NCBI GenBank assembly: GCA_041740815.1
Contig: JBGSLG010000157.1
Location: forward strand, 20,015 to 84,014
Direction: 5' to 3'
Origin: Bacteroidales bacterium
Lineage (GTDB): Bacteria > Bacteroidota > Bacteroidia > Bacteroidales > VadinHA17
Length of the DNA: 64,000 bases
Shown: piece after piece, positions 18,777-27,500 of the stretch
Numbering within the stretch: the stretch's first letter is position 1
Layout: every line of letters begins with the position of its first letter
Position numbers and translations under genes: made by a program
Notes under the pieces: generated by a model
The model's input: the letters and a program-made list of their open reading frames with translations, nothing else
Told to the model about the DNA's origin: nothing
The model's database searches: none

Positions 18777-18808
18777 GTCAAATGACAAATGTCAACATGT
18801 CTGTTGAC
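18777..18808. promoter_or_regulatory. Cluster of four GTCAA/TTGAC half-sites upstream of the cytochrome operon, including one FNR-like box
   Basis: The region reads GTCAA-ATGAC-aaat-GTCAA-catgtctg-TTGAC. aTGAC-N4-GTCAA (18782-18795) fits the TGA-N6-TCA core of FNR/CRP-family sites. TGTCAAC-N6-GTTGACA is a perfect 7-bp inverted repeat. Confidence 0.35.
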
Positions 18809-18871
18809 AAGAAACATCTAGATATCAGTTAAATATGTCATCGCCGGAAGGGGAGGGTAACCTTATTGCGA

Positions 18872-18879
18872 TATATTTG
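18872..18879 (+). promoter_or_regulatory. Putative -7 box (TATATTTG) of the cytochrome operon promoter
   Basis: Exact TAnnTTTG match 25 nt upstream of the ATG at 18905. No clear -33 TTTG. Confidence 0.35.
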
Positions 18880-18904
18880 TGATTGAATTAACAACCGTAG
18901 AAAG

Positions 18905-19270
18905 ATGAACCGAAAGGAAAGGATTTTAAGGGGATTGCTCCCGTCTCTGTTAATGACGGGAATGCTTATCCTGTCATCGTGTGAGAAGTATTCCTGGGAA
19001 AAACAGGTGGTGCCGGAGGATCTTGTAATCAGCTACACGGAGGATATTTTCCCCTTCTGTAACGGCTGTCACGGGTCATGGAGCACAGACAGGACATATG
19101 ACAACTTGTTTGAAAACACTGATACAATCACACCGGCGTCAAGCCAGATTCTGTCTATTCATTCTTCCATAACCGCATTCGGGTCACAGATGATACAGAT
19201 CGATACCGTTCTGATTTCAGCACCTGATATGATTAAGCTGTGGGCATCGCAGAAAGCTCCCAAAAACTAA
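18905..19270 (+). CDS. Small monohaem c-type cytochrome lipoprotein
   Basis: Signal peptide with lipobox (LILSSC) and a single CXXCH (FPFCNGCHGSW). 121 aa. First gene of the operon. Confidence 0.65.
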   Translation: MNRKERILRGLLPSLLMTGMLILSSCEKYSWEKQVVPEDLVISYTEDIFPFCNGCHGSWSTDRTYDNLFENTDTITPASSQILSIHSSITAFGSQMIQIDTVLISAPDMIKLWASQKAPKN

Positions 19271-19298
19271 CCTCAAGAACCTATAAACTAATAAGACC

Positions 19299-20135
19299 AT
19301 GAGAAAGATAGTAGCATCAGTAATTCTCGCTCTGTTATTTGTTCCGTTATTCAGCCAGGAGAGCGAAGATTTCCCGATAAGAGTTTTTGAAACAAGCATA
19401 CTCATAGACAACCAGACGGTTGCAACCCCTTTCAAGGGTATGCTCGAATTTGAGATACACCACAGGTTCGGGACGGTTAACAACGGTCTTGACGACCTGT
19501 TTGGACTTTGGGCACCTGCCAACATCAGGCTGGGACTCAATTATGGTATCACTGACAAGCTCATGATCGGCGCCGGCACTGCCAAGAACTTCAAGGCCCA
19601 GGACCTGGCAGTGAAGTATGCCCTCTTGCAGCAGACCAGCTCCGGTTCGGTACCGTTCTCACTCTCCTTTTACGGAAATGTGGGGTTGAACCTGCTCAAT
19701 GAGAACACGTTTGGACCGGCACACGACTGGAGGGAGATACACCGTCTGTCATATTTCAGCCAGATACTGCTGGCCCGCCGCTTCGGTGAGAAGTTGTCAC
19801 TGCAGCTTGCTCCGACATTCATCTGGTTCAATGCCGTTGAACTCGGTTACAAGAATGCCAACTATGGTATTTCCGCAGGTGCCAGGTACAATGTCGCGGG
19901 CTCACACAGCCTCATTGTTGAGTATGACCAGCTTTTCAACAAGCAGGAGAACGAGGAACTCAACCCTAAACCGCAGATTGCACTCGGATGGGAGATAGGC
20001 ACTGCCACTCACGCCTTCCAGGTTTTCTTTGCCAACTATAAGGATATCCTCGGGCAGTATAATTTCCTTTATAATCAGAACAGCATCAGCGACGGGAATT
20101 TCCTTATCGGCCTGAATGTTACGGTAAGGTTTTAA
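19299..20135 (+). CDS. Outer-membrane beta-barrel protein (possibly DUF5777-type)
   Basis: Sec signal peptide (MRKIVASVILALLFVPLFSQ), alternating hydrophobic strands, an IHHRFG motif, and a C-terminal aromatic beta-signal (GLNVTVRF). The DUF assignment is from memory and needs an HMM check. Confidence 0.65.
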   Translation: MRKIVASVILALLFVPLFSQESEDFPIRVFETSILIDNQTVATPFKGMLEFEIHHRFGTVNNGLDDLFGLWAPANIRLGLNYGITDKLMIGAGTAKNFKAQDLAVKYALLQQTSSGSVPFSLSFYGNVGLNLLNENTFGPAHDWREIHRLSYFSQILLARRFGEKLSLQLAPTFIWFNAVELGYKNANYGISAGARYNVAGSHSLIVEYDQLFNKQENEELNPKPQIALGWEIGTATHAFQVFFANYKDILGQYNFLYNQNSISDGNFLIGLNVTVRF

Positions 20136-20141
20136 AGATTT

Positions 20142-21167
20142 ATGGGAAATAAATTGAACAGGATTCTGATTCTTCTCCTTCTTCTGCCGTTTACGGTGAT
20201 TTCCCCTGCCGGAGCAATGCCTCAGGAGGAAGTAACGGCTAAGGAAGGAAAGCAGAAGGGAATGGAATTCAGCCTTTACGCTGGAGATAATGATCAGAAT
20301 TGCCTTAAGTGTCATGGCAAGCTTGTATATACTATTACAGACACGGTCAGCGGATTGTCGCGGAAGGAGCTGATGGCGGAACACAATTTTATAAGCCCTG
20401 ATGCTTTTTACAATTCGGTCCATTGGAGTTTCAGCTGCCTCGACTGCCACAGTGAGGGATTCAAGAGTTTCCCCCATGCAATAGAGACACGTTTTGAGAC
20501 AGGCTGGGGTTGTATCGACTGCCACGGATATGACCCGAACTATGCCCAGTACAGGTTCGAAGAAATAGACGCAGAATACCAGAAAAGCATTCATTATACG
20601 GCTACTGACGGTGCGTTTACCTGCTGGCAGTGCCATGATGCACACTATTATAATCCTCTTGCCCGCGAGACTGGAAGCGGACGTGAGAATATTCTCAAAT
20701 CCAACGAGATGTGCCTGCACTGTCATGGTAACCCTGATATAATGGGCCTCGTGACTGAGAAGGAACTTACAATGGTACTGCCCAAACATGAGTGGCTTCC
20801 TGATGTAGACAGGCATCTTGCCGCTGTAAGGTGCATCGACTGTCATACCCGAATGAATGACAGTGTTCTCATTGCTCATGAGGTTATGTCTGCCGACAGT
20901 GCAGTCAATGACTGTGCCGACTGCCACAGCCAGAACTCTATACTGATGGGCACTCTTTACAAGTATGCCGCCAGGGAGAGCAGAGACGAGAAGGGTTTTG
21001 TAAACGGGGTTATTTTCAGTAATGACTCTTACGTAATCGGTGCAAACAGAAGCAAATTCATCTCTCTTACAGGGATTGTCCTCATTGCGCTGGTTCTTAT
21101 ATTCGCAGGCATACATACCGTATTCAGAGTAATAATCAAGCCAGTAAAGAGATATTATGAGTCATAA
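20142..21167 (+). CDS. Heptahaem c-type cytochrome, membrane-anchored by a C-terminal TM helix
   Basis: Seven CXXCH motifs: CLKCH, CLDCH, CIDCH, CWQCH, CLHCH, CIDCH, CADCH. N-terminal signal peptide. C-terminal helix ISLTGIVLIALVLIFAGIHTVF. Confidence 0.85.
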   Translation: MGNKLNRILILLLLLPFTVISPAGAMPQEEVTAKEGKQKGMEFSLYAGDNDQNCLKCHGKLVYTITDTVSGLSRKELMAEHNFISPDAFYNSVHWSFSCLDCHSEGFKSFPHAIETRFETGWGCIDCHGYDPNYAQYRFEEIDAEYQKSIHYTATDGAFTCWQCHDAHYYNPLARETGSGRENILKSNEMCLHCHGNPDIMGLVTEKELTMVLPKHEWLPDVDRHLAAVRCIDCHTRMNDSVLIAHEVMSADSAVNDCADCHSQNSILMGTLYKYAARESRDEKGFVNGVIFSNDSYVIGANRSKFISLTGIVLIALVLIFAGIHTVFRVIIKPVKRYYES

Positions 21168-21777
21168 TTTCTATCACTATCCGGTTTGGGTAAGATTATG
21201 GCATGCCATCAACGCCATCTTGTGTCTGTTCCTGATCGTGACAGGATTCAGCATGCTCTATTCGGATCCGGATAATGCCCTTGTGGTTACGTTCCAGAGA
21301 GCCGTAGCGATACATAATGTGTGCGGTGTGCTTCTTACTTTCAGTTATACTCTTTTTCTTTTTGGAAATCTCTTCACGCCAAACGGACGACACTATCTTT
21401 TAAGGCTTAAGGGTGTGGGGCAAAGGCTCTGGCAACAGGGTTACTTTTATGCATACGGATATTTCAAGGGGGAAAAGGCGCCATTTCCTGTAAGCAGCGA
21501 GCGCAAATTCAATCCTTTGCAGCAGGTGTCGTACGTCGGAGTAATGTATTTCGTTCTGCCAATGCTGTTCATCACCGGCTGGGCCCTGTTATTCCCGGAA
21601 TTCATCCTGAAAAAATTTCTGGGACTCAGTGGTATCTTTCTTACTGACCAGTTTCATGTAGTACTAGGTTTCCTGGTCGTAATATTTCTGTTTATACATC
21701 TGTATGTCAGCACTATGGGCAAGTCTCCGATAAGTAACTTCAGGAGCATTGTTACAGGCTGGCAGGAAGGTCACTGA
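21157..21777 (+). CDS. Dihaem cytochrome b, FdnI/HydC/PhsC family (quinone-interacting membrane subunit)
   Basis: Four TM helices with His in TM1 (LWHAINA), TM2 (AIHNVCG) and two in TM4 (FHVVLG...FIHLYV). Overlaps the heptahaem gene by 11 nt. Confidence 0.75.
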   Translation: MSHNFYHYPVWVRLWHAINAILCLFLIVTGFSMLYSDPDNALVVTFQRAVAIHNVCGVLLTFSYTLFLFGNLFTPNGRHYLLRLKGVGQRLWQQGYFYAYGYFKGEKAPFPVSSERKFNPLQQVSYVGVMYFVLPMLFITGWALLFPEFILKKFLGLSGIFLTDQFHVVLGFLVVIFLFIHLYVSTMGKSPISNFRSIVTGWQEGH

Positions 21778-21786
21778 TCAGGCCCG

Positions 21787-22062
21787 ATGAGCTGGTCAGG
21801 AGATGCATTGCACGGTAAGACCGTGTCAGACACTGATTTAAAAGATGCATATGGAAAGGAAAGTAAAAGATTCTTCATCCCGCAGAAAGTTTATCAGGAA
21901 GTCATGCTGCTTACATATCTGAAGGACACCGATTCACGGCAAATTCTCCGGGTAAAGATGACGAACATCACCCAGATTGGGGAAGTGCCGTTACCCGGGT
22001 TGCAGATACGTTTTTACAATAATGAAAGAAGGATTGAAAAACAGGAATTAATCATATCCTGA
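21787..22062 (+). CDS. Hypothetical 91-aa protein inside the cytochrome operon
   Basis: ORF in operon context, 9 nt after the cytochrome b gene. No signal peptide or recognisable motif. Coding status uncertain. Confidence 0.3.
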   Translation: MSWSGDALHGKTVSDTDLKDAYGKESKRFFIPQKVYQEVMLLTYLKDTDSRQILRVKMTNITQIGEVPLPGLQIRFYNNERRIEKQELIIS

Positions 22063-22114
22063 TTTGTTTGGCATGAAAAATGATATATTTAAGTGAAATT
22101 TTAAAAGTAAGTTT

Positions 22115-22516
22115 ATGAAGTTGAAAGTTTTAATTGTTGGTACAGCGCTTCTTGCATTCTCTTTCACGCAGGTGATGAATGCACAGCAGAAGAAGGGTGA
22201 GCCCTGGGTTATCCCTGCTGAATATAAGAAGATGGCTAATCCCGTTGCTTCTGATGATGCTTCGGTAAAGGCAGGCCAGGTGGCTTTTGCCAAGAACTGT
22301 GCGTCATGCCACGGGAAGACCGGACTAGGTGACGGCCCCAAAGGCAGGATGTGCAAGACATTCCCGGGCGACTTCTCAGGTGCAACCTTCCAGGCCTATG
22401 CAGCCGGGGAGATGTTCTACCAGACCAAGTTCGGAAGGGGCGAGATGCCTGCTTACGACAAAAAGATTCCTGACACTGAGATCTGGAATATGGTCAACTA
22501 CATGAAGACACTTTAG
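22115..22516 (+). CDS. Periplasmic monohaem class-I-type cytochrome c
   Basis: Signal peptide, a single CASCHG motif, and a distal Met candidate (GEMPAY). 133 aa. Confidence 0.85.
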   Translation: MKLKVLIVGTALLAFSFTQVMNAQQKKGEPWVIPAEYKKMANPVASDDASVKAGQVAFAKNCASCHGKTGLGDGPKGRMCKTFPGDFSGATFQAYAAGEMFYQTKFGRGEMPAYDKKIPDTEIWNMVNYMKTL

Positions 22517-22534
22517 AAGTAGTTACTGTAACAC

Positions 22535-22570
22535 AAAAAAAAAGCTGCCTTGATGGGCAGCTTTTTTTTT
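22535..22570. terminator. Bidirectional rho-independent terminator between convergent cytochrome genes
   Basis: A9-GCTGCC-ttgatg-GGCAGC-T9. Confidence 0.85.
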
Positions 22571-22586
22571 GGAGTTTCTTTATCTC

Positions 22587-23666
22587 TTACTTCCCGGGAA
22601 CAGGATACCCCAGGGTCGTCATGGCTGAGATTGAGTTGTCAAGCAGCACCTTGATGTAGCCGGGGTTGTGTAGTCCCAGACTGCGGTCTTCCTTGACCGT
22701 GTTGTAGTTCAGATAAGCAAGCACGGCATTTGCCTTGAATGTACCTGTTTTGGCAAGTCCGGTAGCCGAATTGTAAACCCCGGCAGCAATGAGCTGAGCT
22801 TCAAGATCGGCAAGCCTGGCTTCAACATCTTCCTGCAACTCAGTAATCTTGTTGTTGAAAGCGGTGTACGGGCTGGTGCCAATCTCATGACATGGTGTGC
22901 AGCCTGTTAAAAGCCTTGTCTCAGTTCCGTGAGAATCATATTTTAATGCCATGTTATGACCACCGGCCTGATAGCCGTACGGTGTTGACATGTGGCATGT
23001 GACGCAACCCTTTGATGTTGAGTGCGGGTTGGTTGTCGGAACTGTAGCGCCTGGTATTTCAAACGGAGTCTTACCAAGGATCAGGTTGGCATTCGGGCCG
23101 TGGTGCGGTCCGATGCGCGAGCTGGCAATAACGAAGTCAGTACCGTTGGCTACAGGAGCAGGTGAGACAGGCCTCGACTGATGGCAGAAGACACACTGAT
23201 TGCTGGTCCCTTTATCCCAAACGACGTCAGCACCGGCATACTTGACATCCAGTGTCTGTGCACCTGGCTTGGTGAGCGCCCAGTCGCCTTCCGAATAGGT
23301 CTGATGGATCTTGTGACATGTATAGCAGGTGATCTGCATGGGATTGTCAGGTACCAAGATAGCAGCAACTGATCCTTCGGCTACGTACTCGAGGAAGCCC
23401 TGGCTGGTATGACACTGTACGCAACCGGCACGGTTGGCGTAGGCAGCATTGCCGCCTGTGGCATGCATTGATGAGCTCCACTGGGCAGAGAACGCCGTCG
23501 CCGGATTGGTGCTGTTATGACACTCAGCACATGCCAGCGTTGTCCCCGGATCGCCCTGGTCACCCTTCGGGCCATTGTCGCCTACAGGGCCCATCGGACC
23601 TTCACAGGATGCCAGAACCATGACGCCTGACACGAGGAGTGTAACAATTTTAAGACTTCTTTTCAT
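22587..23666 (-). CDS. Hexahaem c-type cytochrome lipoprotein with collagen-like G-X-Y linker
   Basis: Lipobox VLASC followed by GPMGPVGDNGPKGDQGDPG (six G-X-Y triplets). Six CXXCH motifs: CAECH, CVQCH, CYTCH, CVFCH, CVTCH, CTPCH. Helical C-terminal domain with a LGLHNPGY motif. Confidence 0.85.
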   Translation of the reverse strand: MKRSLKIVTLLVSGVMVLASCEGPMGPVGDNGPKGDQGDPGTTLACAECHNSTNPATAFSAQWSSSMHATGGNAAYANRAGCVQCHTSQGFLEYVAEGSVAAILVPDNPMQITCYTCHKIHQTYSEGDWALTKPGAQTLDVKYAGADVVWDKGTSNQCVFCHQSRPVSPAPVANGTDFVIASSRIGPHHGPNANLILGKTPFEIPGATVPTTNPHSTSKGCVTCHMSTPYGYQAGGHNMALKYDSHGTETRLLTGCTPCHEIGTSPYTAFNNKITELQEDVEARLADLEAQLIAAGVYNSATGLAKTGTFKANAVLAYLNYNTVKEDRSLGLHNPGYIKVLLDNSISAMTTLGYPVPGK

Positions 23667-23780
23667 ATTGATATTCTTTTAGGTTTTTCTGCAACGAAAG
23701 GTAACATTACGCTTAATCCCAACACTCTGTTTATCATTGATATTTCAATCACAACAGATTGATAAGTACAAGCACTGAAG

Positions 23781-23794
23781 TTGACATAAATCAA
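23781..23794. promoter_or_regulatory. FNR/CRP-type box TTGAC-N4-ATCAA in the divergent hexahaem/crp intergenic region
   Basis: TTGACATAAATCAA matches 9 of 10 positions of the TTGAT-N4-ATCAA consensus. Its centre is ~62 nt upstream of the putative crp -7 box TACATTTG (23846-23853). Confidence 0.45.
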
Positions 23795-23872
23795 AATAAA
23801 GTATGATATTTGTTATAGTTTAAGCAGCTTGCTTAAAGCTCTGGCTACATTTGACCTTAAATCGGGTTCATT

Positions 23873-24568
23873 ATGTATAGCGAAAATCATATTTCAAGCT
23901 GTGAGGCCTGCAACAGGTGCTGGACCAATTTCAGGAATCTCTCCAGGGAGGAACTTGAGATAGTCAACCATAACCGGTACGAGGCCAGTTTCAACCCATC
24001 GGAGATAATCATCAAACAGGGCTCTCCCTCCTCAAACGCCATCTTCCTGATCTCAGGTCTGGCAAAGGTTTACATGGAAGGATATTCCGGCAGGAACCTG
24101 ATAATAAACCTCGCCGAACATTCCACCCTGCTGGCCGGTCCGGGAGTCCATGTAAATTCACGTTACGTATATTCCGTCGCAGCCATCACCCACGTCCAGG
24201 CCTGCTTCATCAGTTTTGAGGTTATCCGAAAGATAATTGCCGAGAATCCGGGATTTGCCGTAGGCTTTATTGAGGATCTGAGCGACAAGGCATTCAGGAT
24301 GCATCACAAGATCCTGAACCTGACCCAGAAAAAGATGCACGGAAGGCTTGCCGAAGCGCTTCTCTATTTTGCAGATACAATCTTTCATTCTGATGACTAT
24401 GAGATGGTTCTTACCAGGCAGGAGCTCGGCGAGATGACAAATATGGCTAAGGAAAGTGTGGTCAGAATAATGGGTGAACTGGAGCATGAAAACATAATCC
24501 GCTCAACTCCGCGCACAGTAAAGATTCTTGATCGCGATAAATTGAATGTTATATCCGAAAAGGGATAG
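23873..24568 (+). CDS. Crp/Fnr-family transcription regulator with FNR-like cysteine set
   Basis: N-terminal C10-x2-C13-x2-C16 plus a central Cys111 (VQACFISF). cNMP-binding-like barrel. C-terminal HTH TRQELGEMTNMAKESVVRIM with an E--VR recognition motif. Confidence 0.8.
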   Translation: MYSENHISSCEACNRCWTNFRNLSREELEIVNHNRYEASFNPSEIIIKQGSPSSNAIFLISGLAKVYMEGYSGRNLIINLAEHSTLLAGPGVHVNSRYVYSVAAITHVQACFISFEVIRKIIAENPGFAVGFIEDLSDKAFRMHHKILNLTQKKMHGRLAEALLYFADTIFHSDDYEMVLTRQELGEMTNMAKESVVRIMGELEHENIIRSTPRTVKILDRDKLNVISEKG

Positions 24569-24589
24569 TTTTGTACACAAATCAGTTCC

Positions 24590-27500
24590 ATGAAAATAGT
24601 AAGGTTTTTATTTACACCCGCCATGATGGGGGTCTTGTTTATTGTGCTTGCCGTGGCCATGGCCGCCGCCACATTCATTGAAAACGACTTCGGGGCAGAT
24701 ACCGCAAGGGCAACGGTTTACAACACCCGCTGGTTTGAACTGCTCTTCCTGTTGCTTGTAATAAACCTTGTCGGGCAGATCATAACCTTCAAGCTCTACC
24801 GCAGAGGCAAGCTGACCGTTATGCTCTTTCACACAGCATTCATTGTCATGGTTGCCGGAGCGGCAATTACCAGGTTTACCGGTTATGATGGTATGATGCA
24901 TATCAGGGAGGGAGAGACATCCTCGCTTACCTTCTCTTCAGGCAGTGACATTGGGTTTGAGCTTGCTGACCGCGAGGGCCGCTTGATGGCCAGCCATTCG
25001 GGGGCAGTCAGCCTTACCGGTGGCCGTAACAGCAGTTTCAGGAAGAGACTGAAGGCCGGGGATGAAGAGGTGACCCTTACATATGACAGGTTTATTCCCG
25101 GCGCTGTCAGACAGGTGGAAGAGACGGCTGACGGCGTGCCTCTGGCATCCTTCCTCACAACACCTGACATGGTGAGCAGCAAAGTGATAGCTCTTACGCA
25201 GGGCGAAACTGACATTATCGGTGAGATGACTTTCGGTTTCGAAGCTGATGCAGACATCACAGTGACCACCAGCAACTCCGCCTTCTTCATCAGGTCAGAA
25301 AGAGAGATCCGTTCAACAAATATGCAGGCTATGCAGACGGTTGTCTATCCTCCTGACACGCTCATTTCTCTTGCCAAAGGAACTGTCTATACGGTTGAAG
25401 GCTACAGGATTATGCCGCAGGTCATGACAATGAGCGGCATGATTGTTCCCGGAACCGGGCAGGGAAGCCTGGGCCCCGGCGGAGCAATTGAATGTACCCT
25501 CACAGGGCCGGAAGGAGCCAGGAAGATTTACCTGTGGGACGATGGGAGTGATACCCGGTCAGTATGGCAGGGCAGGGTGGGCGATCTTACCGCAAAGGTC
25601 AGCTACGGAAACAGTGTGCTGAACCTGCCCTTCAGTCTCAGGCTTGATGACTTCATGATTGAACGTTACCCTGGCTCCAACAGCCCGTCGGGTTTTAAGA
25701 GCAGGGTTACCCTGAATGATCCGGATCACAGTACGGACTTCCAGTATGACATATACATGAACCACATACTTAAGTACCGCGGTTTCCGGTTCTACCAGGC
25801 GTCATATGACAATGACGAACTCGGCACCGTACTTTCGGTCAACCATGACCCGGCAGGAATGTATACCACCTATATCGGGTACGCTCTTCTTTTCCTTTTT
25901 ATAATACTTTCATTATTCAACCGGAAATCCTCCTTCAGAACCATCGGCACCGGTTATTGGAGTTCGCGGTACCGCAAGCCTGTTGCTGCCCTGGTGGTAT
26001 TGTTCCTGCTGTCACTGGCACCGGCAAAGGGCCAGCACCTTGTCATAGAGAAGGATGATGCCGACCGTTTCGGGGAGCTCCTGGCGCAGGATCAGAAAGG
26101 GCGAACCAAGCCCCTGTACACCATTAGCAGCGATATCTTGCGCAAGGTTGCCAGGGAGAACAGCTTTGACGGTCTGTCGCCCATGCAGGTCTTCCTGGGG
26201 TGCTCTCTCGATTTTTTTCACTGGCAGAATGTGCCCCTGATAAAAGTGTCAAACGACGAGTTGCGACAGGTCCTTAAGCTGAAGGGTGAGATGGCGGCAT
26301 TCTCGGATATAGTGACCTTTGGTGATGGTGGAGGCTATAAACTCACAACTCTGGTTGAGACTGCCTATTCCAAGGCAGAGAGTGAGCGTAGCAAGTTCGA
26401 CAAGGAAGTTATAAAGGTTGATGAGCGGGTGAACATCTGCTACATGATGTCAAGGGGAGACTTCCTGCATATCTTCCCCCTCAGGGATGGTACAGACCAT
26501 TGGGGTACCGCTTCTGAGGCCGTAATGCATGATGTAAGCAGCGAAGACTCACTGTTTGTGCTAAGTGTTGTGCCCATGTGGGTGCAGACGGTCACTGAAG
26601 TCGGTGGCTCCGGGCCGGACCCGGAGGAATTTATTGCTGCGGTGACTCAGTACCAGCGCACCCATGCCGGCTATGACCTCCCGTCAGAGACAAAGGTGCG
26701 GGCCGAGCTCTTCTATTACAAGAGTAACATCTTCGAGAAGCTGTTTCCATGGTATGCCACCCTGGGCCTCGTGATGATATTCACTGTCATTACTGTCATT
26801 ATCAGGGGCCAGAGCAAGTCAGGAATGCTGCTTAAGGCGCTGACAGCGCTTGTGGCAGCAGGGTTCCTGTTTCACACCCTGGGTCTTGCCATCAGGTGGT
26901 ATATCTCAGGACACGCACCCATGAGCAACGGGTATGAGTCGATGCTCTTCCTCTCATGGGTGATTGTTCTTGTCGGTTTCATCTTCAGCCGCAAGTCGAT
27001 GCTTACGCTCGCGGCAACCTCATTACTGGCAGGTCTGACCCTGATGGTGGCACACCTCAGTTTCATGGATCCGGAGATAACCAGCCTGGTGCCAGTGCTC
27101 AGATCATACTGGCTGACGCTGCATGTCTCTGTCATCGTCGGCAGTTACGGTTTCCTCGGACTGGGTGCGATACTCGGGCTGATAGTGCTTATAATGATGC
27201 TTTTTGTGAATTCCGGAAACCGGGAGAGGATCAGCACTGTAATTGATGAGCTTACAGTAATAAACTACAGGTTGATTACCCTCGGGCTATATTTCCTTAC
27301 GATAGGGACATTCCTCGGAGCCATCTGGGCCAATGAATCATGGGGACGCTACTGGGGATGGGATCCGAAGGAGACCTGGTCTCTGATAACTATAATTGTC
27401 TATACACTTGTGACCCACTCACGCATGATTCCGGGGATGAAGGATACATATACATTCAACCTCCTGTCACTCTTCGCATTTGCCTCGGTTCTGATGACCT

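Noticed and set aside
19902-21116. 404-aa ORF on the minus strand across the barrel and heptahaem cytochrome genes
   Set aside because: It is antisense to two plus-strand genes with strong features: a signal peptide with a C-terminal beta-signal, and seven CXXCH motifs. Its own translation has no motif. This is a typical shadow ORF in GC-rich coding DNA.
22541-22561. Terminator hairpins at 22541-22561 and 39219-39240 share AGCTGCC/GGCAGCT arms; considered a repeat family
   Set aside because: Only two copies exist, with 7-8-nt shared arms and different loops. They are adequately explained as ordinary intrinsic terminators.
23544-23600. Collagen-like G-X-Y tract interpreted as a true collagen triple-helix domain
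   Set aside because: Only six triplets are present, far shorter than bacterial collagen-like proteins. I keep it as a notable linker, not as a collagen-domain call.
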